Below, in pieces: positions 44,247 to 53,554 of a stretch of 64,000 nucleotides of DNA. Positions within the stretch are counted from its first letter, which is position 1. Every line of letters starts with the position of its first letter. This DNA comes from a virus. Under the pieces are notes generated by a model. That model was not told where the DNA came from, made no database searches, and was given only the letters and a program-made list of their open reading frames with translations. The position numbers were made by a program, and so were the translations under genes. Location of the stretch: the IMG/VR virus record IMGVR_UViG_3300037461_001289, one strand, 5' to 3'.

Positions 44247-44744
44247 ATGCCACGTGCGCCACGTCACGCCCATCCAGACCATAATGACCCCTCGACTTGG
44301 CTACGACGCGGCGAGGTCGGCAAGTTGCTCGGGATCCCGCGCACCTCGGTGCGCTATCTCGAAGGCAACGGCGCACTACACCCGATCCGAGATCGGTACG
44401 GCGATTACCTGTACGATCCGGACGAAGTCCACGCATACGCCATGACCCACCCGCGACGGGGCGCAAAGGTCTATGACGAGGGCGACTTGGCCTGCGAGGC
44501 CTTCAAGCTGTTCGAGGAGGGCAAGACCCGCGTGCAGGTCGTCATCGCGCTGCGCATCACCTGCGAACGCGCCGACGCGCTCTGGACTGAGTGGCAGCGC
44601 GGCGACTTCGAGGACGCGGTCAAGGCCCGCCACCGCGCCCAGCTGCAGGCGCAGCTCGAGCAGGAGGCCAAGGCACGCGACCAGAGGCGCCAGAGGTCGC
44701 TTGAGACGCTCCGCAAGCTGCAGGTCAAGGCAACTCGCGGCTAG
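44247..44744 (+). CDS. MerR/excisionase-type HTH regulator
   Basis: WLRRGEVGKLLGIPRTSVRYLEGNGALHP; second HTH-like segment; divergent from late operon. Confidence 0.7.
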   Translation: MPRAPRHAHPDHNDPSTWLRRGEVGKLLGIPRTSVRYLEGNGALHPIRDRYGDYLYDPDEVHAYAMTHPRRGAKVYDEGDLACEAFKLFEEGKTRVQVVIALRITCERADALWTEWQRGDFEDAVKARHRAQLQAQLEQEAKARDQRRQRSLETLRKLQVKATRG

Positions 44745-44861
44745 CGGGCGTGGGCGCGTCTAGGGCGCACTCAACGTGCCTCGCGCCATGTCCTTGTACT
44801 ACAGTCTCGCACTACACCTAGTGCTACGCCTCGCAACGCACGTTTCGCGCGCCTTCGTACG

Positions 44862-45070
44862 TGTCCCAACGGCCCAACCTGTCCCGACGAGTGCTAATTA
44901 GTCTCCTCTAAAAAGGGTTCCTGCAGCAAGAACCCTCTGAAACCCTAGGACACTTTGACGATCTCGATGGGACACGTTGGGACACTATACCTAAACTATA
45001 GTAATACAAAGACTATTTGGTTGTCCCAACGGTTGGGACATTGGAAAATAGGTTGGGACAGGTTGGGACA
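44862..45070. repeat. GTTGGGACA iteron cluster, putative replication origin
   Basis: Six copies (44862 rev, 44976, 45022 rev, 45032, 45052, 45062) in an AT-richer non-coding gap upstream of the primase. Confidence 0.65.
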
Positions 45071-45204
45071 GTTTCGTAGGTGCAAAGAGAAGCTAGCGCA
45101 TACAGCAACGTAGTGCGCCCGGCGCGTTTGTAGTACGTAGACGCTTCTTGCTCCTAGCTAGTACGTAGTGTCTTGCAGCATGCGCCGACGAAAAATGATG
45201 TACG

Positions 45205-45239
45205 TTTTTTGTTTACATCACGGTTGCCGCGCGTAGAGT
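45205..45239 (+). promoter_or_regulatory. Sigma70-like promoter for primase
   Basis: TTTTTTG-TTTACA (45212)-16-TAGAGT (45234). Confidence 0.6.
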
Positions 45240-45420
45240 CGGTCCTTAACGATGACTCGCCCCACCCGCACCGGCTCTGCGTTCAACGGCGCTCCGTACC
45301 TCCGGGCGGCGGCTGACGTTCGGCGGCGGGGCGCCTTCAGCAAGCGCGGGGGCGAGTCACCGTTATCTTAAGCCAACGTCTGCGCTCGTCTGCTGACCGG
45401 GCGCGGCTAGGAGGTAAATC

Positions 45421-47601
45421 TTGTCAGAGCAAGGGCCGGGGAACGGCGACGCGACGCCTGTCAACACGGGACGTCCAGAGAGCGTTGTCGAGGCTTTGCA
45501 CTACTATGCGGCGCGTGGTTGGACGGCGATTCCGATCATCAGCCGTGGTAAGAAGGCCGCGGTAGTCGGCTGGCAACGACGCGTCGTGGCTGATGCACGG
45601 CCTGAAGAATTTACCGGGCGCAACATCGGGCTCGCGCTCGGTGCGCCGAGCGGCAATCTTGTCGACGTCGATCTTGACTGCGCCGAGGCCGTCGTCGTGG
45701 CTCGGTACCTACTACCGCCGACAGGGATGATTCACGGGCGCGCCGGGCGGCGCGGGTCACATCGCTGGTATGTCGTCGCTGATGCGCCACACACAACGCG
45801 TTATCGAAGTCCGTTGCCCGACGGTGGCACGCTCGTTGAGCTACGTGGGACCGGTGGGCAGACGGTCGTGCCGCCGAGTATACACCCATCGGGTGAAATA
45901 CTTGAGTGGGCTGACTGGCCGCTCGAGCCGTCACAGCCGGCGCTCGCCGAGCTGCGCCTCGCAGTCGCAGACGTCGCGGTCGCTGCGCTGCTTGCACGTC
46001 AGCACCCTGGTGATGGGTCGCGACATGACTTTGCACTTGCGCTTGCTGGTACGTTAGCACACCTTCGGTATCCGTTTGAGCACGCCGAGATCTTAGTTGA
46101 AGCTGTCAGCGAGGCGGCTGGCGATGCGAATGCGCGTGATCGCCGTCAGTGCGTCGTCGACACATATCGTAAGTTTGAAAACGGTGAGGAGGTGGTCGGC
46201 GCGCCGACCCTCGCGGCGCTGGTCGGCGGAAACGCCGTCGTTGACAAGGTCCGCGCGTGGCTCGCTGGCCGCGTCACCGTGGCCGCCAACGCTGGTTTCC
46301 AAGGCCAGCTGACCGACCGTCTTGGCGACTACGCGCGATTCTTGCAGTACACGCCGCGCGGCCAGCTGAGTCTGACCGCGGCCAACGCTACGCTGATCCT
46401 GGTCCACGACCACGAGTTCGGCGGGCCGCCGCGTGACGACTTCGGCGCGCAGGCGGGCGTGAGCGCGTCGCTTGGGTTCGACGAACTCGAGCAGCAGGAG
46501 GTCTGGCTTCGTCAGCCGCCCGATGGCGTCGGCCTTGTCGTACCGGCGGGCGCGTTCGCCGATCACCATGAGGTCTATGTCCAAGCCTGGTTGCAACGCG
46601 CGACTGGGCTTGACTTTTCAAAGGTGATCGGAGCTGCGGTGCGCGCCGCAGCGCGTGAGCGCAACTTCAACCCGGTCGTCGACTACCTCGAGAGCCTCGG
46701 GTGGGACGGCGTCGAGCGCCTGTCTGGTTGGCTGACGACGTATCTTGGCGCGCCGGCGTCGGCGATCAATAAGGCCATCGGGCGCTGGTGGTTGATCAGT
46801 GCCGTCGCACGGGCCTATCGGCCCGGCTGTCGGGTCGACCACATGATCGTGCTCGAGGGGCCGCAGGGCAAGAAGAAGTCAACCGCATTGCAGATCCTCG
46901 CCGGGCGGTGGTACAGCGCCGGGCCCGAGAAGATCGGTGATAAAGACGGGATGCAGAGCCTACGCGGAAAGTGGATCGTTGAGATGGCTGAGCTCGACGC
47001 GATCCGTGGCCGTGAGCTATCGACGATCAAGAAGTTCATCACCGATCCGAGTGACATGTATCGTCCGAGCTACGGACGTCGTAACATCACCGCTGCGCGG
47101 CGCTGCGTCTTCGCGGGCACGACAAACGAGGAGACGTATCTTCATGACGTCACCGGTGGACGACGTTTTTGGCCGGTACGGACTGGTGTCATCGACGATA
47201 AAGCGCTCGCGCGCGACCGTGATCAGCTATTAGCTGAGGCGGTCGTCGCCTTCGAAGCCGGTGAGTCTTGGTGGCCGCTTGAGACCGATCAGATCTCACA
47301 GCTAAACGAGATTCAAGACGAGCGCTACGAGCTTGATGCGTGGGCTGACGCAATTTCGAACTTTCTCGATGGGAATATCGGTAGCGCGTTGGACAAACGT
47401 ATGGGGCCGAGCGTCGCGCGTCGTGAGCAGGTCACGGTTGACGATTTGTTGACGATGGCTCTTTCGATTGAGCGCGGTCGCTATAGCCGTGCTGACCAGA
47501 TGCGCGTCGTCTCGGTGTTGCGCAAGCTACGTTGGAAACGCGTTCGCATTGTGGTGAACGGGCAACGTGTTTGGATCTACCAACGACCGGCCGAGGCTTA
47601 A
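45421..47601 (+). CDS. Bifunctional primase-polymerase fused to VirE-like helicase
   Basis: N-terminal NIGL...VDVD, H, ELRG...VVPPSIH; C-terminal LEGPQGKKKST, WIVEMAELD, FAGTTN, GGRRFWP; SD AGGAGG, TTG start. Confidence 0.9.
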   Translation: MSEQGPGNGDATPVNTGRPESVVEALHYYAARGWTAIPIISRGKKAAVVGWQRRVVADARPEEFTGRNIGLALGAPSGNLVDVDLDCAEAVVVARYLLPPTGMIHGRAGRRGSHRWYVVADAPHTTRYRSPLPDGGTLVELRGTGGQTVVPPSIHPSGEILEWADWPLEPSQPALAELRLAVADVAVAALLARQHPGDGSRHDFALALAGTLAHLRYPFEHAEILVEAVSEAAGDANARDRRQCVVDTYRKFENGEEVVGAPTLAALVGGNAVVDKVRAWLAGRVTVAANAGFQGQLTDRLGDYARFLQYTPRGQLSLTAANATLILVHDHEFGGPPRDDFGAQAGVSASLGFDELEQQEVWLRQPPDGVGLVVPAGAFADHHEVYVQAWLQRATGLDFSKVIGAAVRAAARERNFNPVVDYLESLGWDGVERLSGWLTTYLGAPASAINKAIGRWWLISAVARAYRPGCRVDHMIVLEGPQGKKKSTALQILAGRWYSAGPEKIGDKDGMQSLRGKWIVEMAELDAIRGRELSTIKKFITDPSDMYRPSYGRRNITAARRCVFAGTTNEETYLHDVTGGRRFWPVRTGVIDDKALARDRDQLLAEAVVAFEAGESWWPLETDQISQLNEIQDERYELDAWADAISNFLDGNIGSALDKRMGPSVARREQVTVDDLLTMALSIERGRYSRADQMRVVSVLRKLRWKRVRIVVNGQRVWIYQRPAEA

Positions 47602-47604
47602 ACC

Positions 47605-48066
47605 ATGCTTACACGCGTGCCAATTCGCTTGCGTAAGACCTGCTCGTGTGGATCTGATGACGGCTACTACGTCAAGGTCAGTGGGCAGAATGTTGCATAC
47701 TGTGTCTGCGAGCGGGCGGCTGGGTATAACGTGCCGCGCGCGGAGACAGTTGAAGTGCCGCGCGTCGTCGGTTCGGAGCCAGGGGTCAAGCCGAATAAGC
47801 GTGTGCGCATCTTTGAACGTGATGGCAACGCCTGTGTTGAGTGCGGGCGTAGATCTGTCGACGGCGCAATTTTGAACGTTGCGCATCTTATAAGCTTAGC
47901 CGACGGCCACGCGCTTGGGATCTCAGAAGCTGAGCTGTTTGCCGACGAAAATCTCTACACTGCCTGCGAGATCTGCAATCTCGGGCGGGGTAGGCAGTCG
48001 GTTAGCCCGCAGATGTTTTTGCGGATCGTGCGTGCCCGTCAGTGTCGTGCGGCCGCCGAAAAATAG
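47605..48066 (+). CDS. HNH endonuclease
   Basis: IFERDGNACVECG, VAHL, ENLYTACEICN; lower GC. Confidence 0.8.
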   Translation: MLTRVPIRLRKTCSCGSDDGYYVKVSGQNVAYCVCERAAGYNVPRAETVEVPRVVGSEPGVKPNKRVRIFERDGNACVECGRRSVDGAILNVAHLISLADGHALGISEAELFADENLYTACEICNLGRGRQSVSPQMFLRIVRARQCRAAAEK

Positions 48067-48082
48067 TTGCAATGCATCTACG

Positions 48083-48119
48083 TTTTCTTGTTTACGCGTG
48101 TACGTTTACGCGGTAGCGT
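48083..48119 (+). promoter_or_regulatory. Sigma70-like promoter
   Basis: TTTTCTTG-TTTACG (48091)-17-TAGCGT (48114). Confidence 0.6.
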
Positions 48120-48126
48120 GCTAGCC

Positions 48127-48528
48127 ATGACGACCGAGACCGACTTCTGTCCGCCGCCTACGCTCGGCGCCTGCGCCGATGAGCTGTACCGGCTGCGCGA
48201 GGCACGCCTCGATGCGCAGAAGGTCGTCGATGCGCTCGCAGCGCGGGAGGCCAAGCTCCGCGACCACGTCATCGGCGAGCTCGAGCGACAGGGCGCGACG
48301 GCGGTGAGCGGCAAGCATGCCCGCGCGGGCGTGACGTTCACGCAGCTCGGCAAGGTCGCGGACTGGGATGCGTTCTACGCCCACGTCCGCGCGACGGGGG
48401 ACTTCTCGTTGATGCAGCGCCGCCTGAACGACGGCGCGTTGAGAGAACGATGGGATGCGAAGGAGACCGTGCCGGGGATCGTCCCGTTCGCGGTGCCGAA
48501 GATCAGCTTGACGAAGACGAAAGGGTAG
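48127..48528 (+). CDS. Conserved-looking phage replication-module coiled-coil protein
   Basis: Helical N-half, VADWDAFYAHV...LMQRRL; function unknown. Confidence 0.6.
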   Translation: MTTETDFCPPPTLGACADELYRLREARLDAQKVVDALAAREAKLRDHVIGELERQGATAVSGKHARAGVTFTQLGKVADWDAFYAHVRATGDFSLMQRRLNDGALRERWDAKETVPGIVPFAVPKISLTKTKG

Positions 48529-48532
48529 CACG

Positions 48533-48730
48533 ATGGCCAAGAAAGCGAAGAAGCCGGTGATGTTGGTGGTCGCGTCGAAGATCAAGGCCCTCGCGAAGGA
48601 GAAGGGGTACCGCATCGGCGGCGACGCGCTCGCGCGCCTGTCGATCAAGGTCGAGGACGTGCTCAACGACGCGACGACGAGCGCGCAGGGCGAGAAGCGG
48701 ATGACGATCAAGGACCGCGACATCAGCTAG
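48533..48730 (+). CDS. Bacterial histone-fold protein (Bd0055/HBb-like)
   Basis: LVVASKIKALAKEKG...DALARLSIKVEDVLNDATTSAQGEKRMTIKDRDI, with histone-fold RxTI..RD signature. Confidence 0.8.
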   Translation: MAKKAKKPVMLVVASKIKALAKEKGYRIGGDALARLSIKVEDVLNDATTSAQGEKRMTIKDRDIS

Positions 48731-48763
48731 CGTTGCCCGACGGGCGACGGACAGGGGACGACG

Positions 48764-49116
48764 ATGAGACGCCGTGAGGACGTGCCGGAGGAGGTCCAAA
48801 AGGAGATCGCTGCGTTGTACGCGAAGGGGAGATCGTACTTCGCCATCATGAAGAAGTTCAAGGCCCACAAGGTGACGACCACCGAGATCGTCAAGGCGCG
48901 CGACAAGTTCGGTCTGCCGCCCGGCATCCTACGGGTGCCGGGCGCGGTCACGCGTTGGCCCCGCGCAACGGGCACGGGACAGACGCGTTTGGCGCGGCCA
49001 TGCGGACGATGGCCGAGCAGCTCGTCGCGCTCGGGGTCTCGTCGGTGGTCATCGACCTCGATGCGGGGACGTACACGGTCAAGTCGCTGACCGAGGTCAG
49101 CGGCAAACTTGTGTAG
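48764..49116 (+). CDS. Small HTH-like protein, apparently frameshifted near 48920
   Basis: 0-frame ORF ends 49090 with an unnatural tail; -1 frame is open to 49116 and stops just before the next SD. Confidence 0.4.
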
Positions 49117-49129
49117 TCGGAGGTGATAG

Positions 49130-49945
49130 ATGACGACCAAGGAGCTGGCAACGACGAACAAGGGTGACACGGGCATGACGAGGTGGGAGGACGAGCTTGC
49201 GCGTCAAGCGGTCGAGGCCGCCGATCAAGAGGCGTCGACCGGGGGCGGGCAGTTCTTCAGCCTGCGCGGCGGGGTGCTGAAGCTCAACGGCGCTGTGCTG
49301 CCCGACAACCAGATGGCGGTCATCGTGCTCGACGCGCTGATCGAGAATGTCTTCTACGCTGGCCCGTTCGACCCGGACGACCCGCAGACGCCGGACTGCT
49401 ACGCCTTCGGGCACGATGAGAAGGCGCTGGCGCCGCACGCCGACGCGCTGAAGCCGCAGGCGGCGAGCTGCGGGGTGTGCCCGCACAACCAGTGGGGCTC
49501 GCTCGTCGTCGGCGGGCAGCAGCGGCGCGGCAAGGCCTGTCGCAATCGTCGCCGGCTCGGGCTCGTCCCGGCGGGCACCCTGCAAGGCCAGCACTTCGTG
49601 CCGTACACGTCGGCCGATGAGATCACCAGTGCGCCGCTCGCGTACCTCGCGCTGCCACCGACGAGCCTCGGGGGCTTCGCCACCTATGTCAAGCAGCTGG
49701 CCGGCGCGCTCAAGATCCCGCCGCGCGCGGCCTTCACGAAGGTCGCGGTCACGCCCGACGCGAAGTCGCAGTTCAAGGTCGCGTTCACCGCGCTCGGCCA
49801 GATACCGACAGGTCTCCTCACGGCCGTCATGCAGCGGGCGGAGGAGGTCAAGGCGGTGATCGACTTCCCGTACCAAGCCGGGGGTCGACCTGAGACAACG
49901 CCTGGAAGGGGCCCCGATGTCAAAGGCAAGAAGCGCAAGTACTAG
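49130..49945 (+). CDS. Putative single-stranded DNA-binding/annealing protein
   Basis: Between primase and polymerase; CGVCPHNQWGS...GKACRNRRRL Cys motif; SD GGAGG. Confidence 0.55.
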   Translation: MTTKELATTNKGDTGMTRWEDELARQAVEAADQEASTGGGQFFSLRGGVLKLNGAVLPDNQMAVIVLDALIENVFYAGPFDPDDPQTPDCYAFGHDEKALAPHADALKPQAASCGVCPHNQWGSLVVGGQQRRGKACRNRRRLGLVPAGTLQGQHFVPYTSADEITSAPLAYLALPPTSLGGFATYVKQLAGALKIPPRAAFTKVAVTPDAKSQFKVAFTALGQIPTGLLTAVMQRAEEVKAVIDFPYQAGGRPETTPGRGPDVKGKKRKY

Positions 49946-50171
49946 GCCGCTGCCGAAGCTGGCCGAGCTGTCGTGGACGTCGCTCAACGACTTCCTCCGG
50001 GACGCGACGGAGGTGGAGTGCGAGGCGCTCATCAAGACCGAGCGCGCGGGGCAGTTTCGTCCGCTCGTGCTCAACCGGATCGTGTGTCGGTTCTTGCGGA
50101 TGCACGGCGAGCGGCTGCGGCGTGAGCTGCTGTCGCCGCCGGTCGCGAAGAAGTCGCGCGCCACGCCGTGA
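49917..50171 (+). CDS. Small hypothetical protein
   Basis: Open frame in operon. Confidence 0.5.
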   Translation: MSKARSASTRPLPKLAELSWTSLNDFLRDATEVECEALIKTERAGQFRPLVLNRIVCRFLRMHGERLRRELLSPPVAKKSRATP

Positions 50172-50252
50172 TCGGGTTCCGCGGCGCGGCTGACACTCGG
50201 GGCCACCAGCGAGGGCGCGGTCTGGTGGCACCTTAAGGTCGGAGTGTGACGG

Positions 50253-52247
50253 ATGACGGACCTACTGACAGAGCTCAACGATGCTGTCGTCATCGACTTT
50301 GAAACGGACGGCATAAGGCAACGCCCGGAGTATCCGCCGGTCCCATGCGGCGTCGCGATCAAAAATGGTTCTCAGCCCGCGCGGTACTGGGCATGGGGAC
50401 ATCACGGGCACGAAAACCCCGATACGCTTGCCGACGGACTGCGGGCGTTACGCGAGGCGTGGAACAGCGGGCGTCCGTTACTTTTCCATAATGCGAAGTT
50501 CGACGTCGCGGTCGCGTGCGAGGGGCTCGGGTTGCCGATGCCGCCTTGGAGTCGCCTACACGACTCGTTGCCGATGCTCTTCCTCATCGACCCGCGCGCG
50601 ACGACCTACAGCCTGAAGCCGTCGTCGGAGGTGCTGCTCGGTTTGAAGCCCGAGGAGCGCGACGCCGTGGTCGACTGGCTGGTCGAGCGCCAGCCGGTCT
50701 CGGGTGTCAAGCTCTCGGCGACGCCGAAGGGTCAGCACTACGCCGGCGCCTACATCGCCTGGGCGCCACCGGCGCTCGTCGGGGCGTACTGCATCGGCGA
50801 CGTCGACCGGACACGGGCCCTCGCGCTGTGGGCGGCCCAGAGGCTCGTCGACCAAGGCATGGTCGAGGCGTATGACAGAGAGCGTCGCCTGCTACCGGTC
50901 ATCATGGACATGGAGCGGCGCGGGGTGCGCGTCGCCGTTGACCGGCTCGCCGACGACCTCGCGTCGGCCGAGACGACGTTCACCGAGCTCGACAGCTGGC
51001 TGCGCGACCGGCTTCAGATCGGTGACAGCGCGAACCTCGACTCCGGCGCGGAGCTGGCCGCGGCCTTGGTCAGCTGCGGGGCAGCGACGCCGGCGAGCCT
51101 TGGGGTCACCCCGAAGTCGGGCAAGCTGCAGACCAACAAGGCGGCCTTTGAGCGCGGGGTCACCGATCCGCAGCTCAAGGCGACGCTGCGCTACCGCGCT
51201 GCGCTGTCGACGGCGGTCAAGACGTTCATGGCGCCGTGGTACGCGACCGCGCAGACGGGCGGGCGGATCTACACGACGTGGAACAGTACGCGGACGTCAC
51301 ACAACGAAAACGACGCCGGTGCGCGGACCGGGCGGTTCAGCTCAAACCCGAATTTCCAAAATATACCTCGTGAGATCAAGCCGCTGTTCGCTTGCGTGGC
51401 GGAGCCGGGGTTGCCCGCGCCACCGTTCGCGTTGCCAGCGCTGCCGCAGATGCGCAGCTATGTGCTCCCCGAGGTCGGACACGTCCTCGTCGGCCGCGAC
51501 TTCGCGTCGCAGGAGCTACGTGTCATGGCGCACTTCGAGGACGGGCTCGTCGCCCAGGCCTATCGCGATCAACCCGACCTCGACCTGCACCAGTACGTGA
51601 CTGATACGCTCAACCAACGCGGCCACGTGATGACGCGGCGTCGGGCAAAATCTCTCCATTTTGCGGTCCTTTACGGCGTCGGCGTCGGGCACCTCGCCGA
51701 GCTGCTCGAGTGCTCGGTGATCGAGGCGCGGGCGGTGCTCGACGCCTACTATCACGAATTCCCCTCGGTCCGTGCGTTGAGCAATGACACGCGCCAGCGG
51801 TGGAGGCAAGGCCTGCCGGTCCGCACCTGGGGCGGTCGGGTCTACGCGCCGGAGCCGTCGCGGTTGGTCGACGGTCGTGTGCGTGGGTTCGAGTACAAGG
51901 CGCTGAACGTCATCGTGCAGGGGAGTTCAGCTGACCTGACGAAGGCGGCGATGATCGCCTATGCCGAGGTCGCCGGCGACGCACCGTTGATCTTGACTGT
52001 CCACGACGAACTCGTTGCGACCGCGCCGCTCGACAGCCACCTTGCGGCGATGGGGCGCTTACGCGACGCCATGAACGTTGATCGTTTGGACGTGCCGATG
52101 CGCAGCGATGGCTATGTCGGCGTCGACTGGGAGCACAAGACGCCGCTCAAGGATGGGCCGCCGACGTCGTCGGAGCCGCGCCCGCTTGATGGGCCGTATG
52201 TCAGGCCCGACGGTAAGTCTGAACACCAACCACCGTTGCCGAAGTGA
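50253..52247 (+). CDS. Family A DNA polymerase with 3'-5' exonuclease
   Basis: ExoI VIDFET, FHNAKFD; RTGRFSS; motif A DFASQELR, motif B RAKSLHFAVLYG, motif C TVHDE. Confidence 0.95.
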   Translation: MTDLLTELNDAVVIDFETDGIRQRPEYPPVPCGVAIKNGSQPARYWAWGHHGHENPDTLADGLRALREAWNSGRPLLFHNAKFDVAVACEGLGLPMPPWSRLHDSLPMLFLIDPRATTYSLKPSSEVLLGLKPEERDAVVDWLVERQPVSGVKLSATPKGQHYAGAYIAWAPPALVGAYCIGDVDRTRALALWAAQRLVDQGMVEAYDRERRLLPVIMDMERRGVRVAVDRLADDLASAETTFTELDSWLRDRLQIGDSANLDSGAELAAALVSCGAATPASLGVTPKSGKLQTNKAAFERGVTDPQLKATLRYRAALSTAVKTFMAPWYATAQTGGRIYTTWNSTRTSHNENDAGARTGRFSSNPNFQNIPREIKPLFACVAEPGLPAPPFALPALPQMRSYVLPEVGHVLVGRDFASQELRVMAHFEDGLVAQAYRDQPDLDLHQYVTDTLNQRGHVMTRRRAKSLHFAVLYGVGVGHLAELLECSVIEARAVLDAYYHEFPSVRALSNDTRQRWRQGLPVRTWGGRVYAPEPSRLVDGRVRGFEYKALNVIVQGSSADLTKAAMIAYAEVAGDAPLILTVHDELVATAPLDSHLAAMGRLRDAMNVDRLDVPMRSDGYVGVDWEHKTPLKDGPPTSSEPRPLDGPYVRPDGKSEHQPPLPK

Positions 52248-52251
52248 AGTT

Positions 52252-52692
52252 ATGCGTGTGATTCTTACTTGCTTGAAGTGCGGCTGTGACTATGAACGCG
52301 TAAGTAGTAGTCGGCACAAGTATTGTGCTGCGTGCTACGACGGCGCAATTAAAGCGAGTCAGCAAAAACTAAAGACTAATCGCGATTGGGTTAAGGCGCA
52401 TCCTGAGCGCGTCCGTGAACTTTCATTGCGTTATCACTACGGCATAACTTCACAGCAACTTGATGAAATGGCCGCAGTGCAGAACGGTCGTTGTGCTATC
52501 TGTGGCGCATCTCCTCGTGCTACATCTAAGCAGAATATGCGTTTGCACATCGATCACGACCACAAAACCAAACGCGTTCGTGGACTGCTTTGTTTTCACT
52601 GTAATCGAGGTCTTGGTAGCTTCGGTGATAACGTCGATGTTCTAAGATCAGCGATTGCGTATCTCAAGAAAGGTGGCCGAAATGCCGATTAA
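52252..52692 (+). CDS. Endonuclease VII-like HNH homing endonuclease
   Basis: QNGRCAICG, HIDHDH, VRGLLCFHCNRGLG; markedly lower GC. Confidence 0.9.
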   Translation: MRVILTCLKCGCDYERVSSSRHKYCAACYDGAIKASQQKLKTNRDWVKAHPERVRELSLRYHYGITSQQLDEMAAVQNGRCAICGASPRATSKQNMRLHIDHDHKTKRVRGLLCFHCNRGLGSFGDNVDVLRSAIAYLKKGGRNAD

Positions 52693-53374
52693 GGCCGTAC
52701 AGCGTTTTCAAGCGTGGAGCTATTCGCGTTTGTCAGACTACGAAGCATGTCCACGTCGAGCAAAGTATAAGCATCTTGATCGTCTCGTCGAACCGAGCGG
52801 CCCCGCGTTGCAACGCGGCAGCGACATCCATAAGGAGTGTGAAGGCTACGTCACCGGTCGGCTCACCGAGCTGCCCAAGTCGCTGGCACGGTTCCCCGAG
52901 GAGTTCGCCGCGCTGCGCGCGCGGAAGGACGTCGAGTGCGAGCGACAGCTCGCGGTCACCTCGAGTTGGCAGCCATGTGATTGGTTCGCGGCCAACGCGT
53001 GGCTGCGCGTCGTCGTCGATGCGACCTACGCCGGCGCGGCCGACGAGGCCGGGCGCGTGCTGTTGGACTACAAAACCGGGCGCGTCTATCCGGACAAGGT
53101 CGACCAACTTGATCTGTACGGCCTGATCGCCTTCGCCTACCATCCGGGGATCAAGCGCGTCGACTCCGCGTTTTGGTACCTCGACGCCGGCGAGGTCATC
53201 GCGCGCTCGCTCGTGGTGACCGAGCTCGACAAGCTGAAGAAGAAGTGGACGAAGCGCGTCGCGCCGCTGCTGGCCGACGAGCGGTTCGATCCGAAGCCGG
53301 GCGATCCTTGTCGCTGGTGCCATTTCGGGCAGGCCGGGAAGGCGAAGGGTGGCCCGGGCCTGTGTGAGCTGTAG
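52682..53374 (+). CDS. PD-(D/E)XK Cas4-like exonuclease
   Basis: WSYSRL...CP, RGSDIH, VVD, LLDYKTG, QLDLY, CRWC. Confidence 0.85.
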   Translation: MPIKAVQRFQAWSYSRLSDYEACPRRAKYKHLDRLVEPSGPALQRGSDIHKECEGYVTGRLTELPKSLARFPEEFAALRARKDVECERQLAVTSSWQPCDWFAANAWLRVVVDATYAGAADEAGRVLLDYKTGRVYPDKVDQLDLYGLIAFAYHPGIKRVDSAFWYLDAGEVIARSLVVTELDKLKKKWTKRVAPLLADERFDPKPGDPCRWCHFGQAGKAKGGPGLCEL

Positions 53375-53383
53375 GAGGGGACG

Positions 53384-53554
53384 ATGACTGGGACCATCGC
53401 GGAGCAGTTCAAGCGAGTATTTGAGTCGCGGGGGATCGACGATCTCGAGCGACCGAGCGAGACCGACGTCGAGGAGCTGCTCGACAACGACCTCGATGAC
53501 GATGACGCTGACGAGGACGACAACCTGTTCCCTGACGCCGACGACCTCGACTGA
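53384..53554 (+). CDS. 56-aa highly acidic protein (not in ORF track)
   Basis: SD GGAGGGG; DVEELLDNDLDDDDADEDDNLFPDADDLD; TGATG-coupled to next gene. Confidence 0.65.
   Translation: MTGTIAEQFKRVFESRGIDDLERPSETDVEELLDNDLDDDDADEDDNLFPDADDLD

Noticed and set aside
52682-53374. Cas4 as part of a CRISPR adaptation module linked to the arrays
   Set aside because: It lies in the standard phage replication/recombination cluster 49 kb away, with no cas1/cas2.
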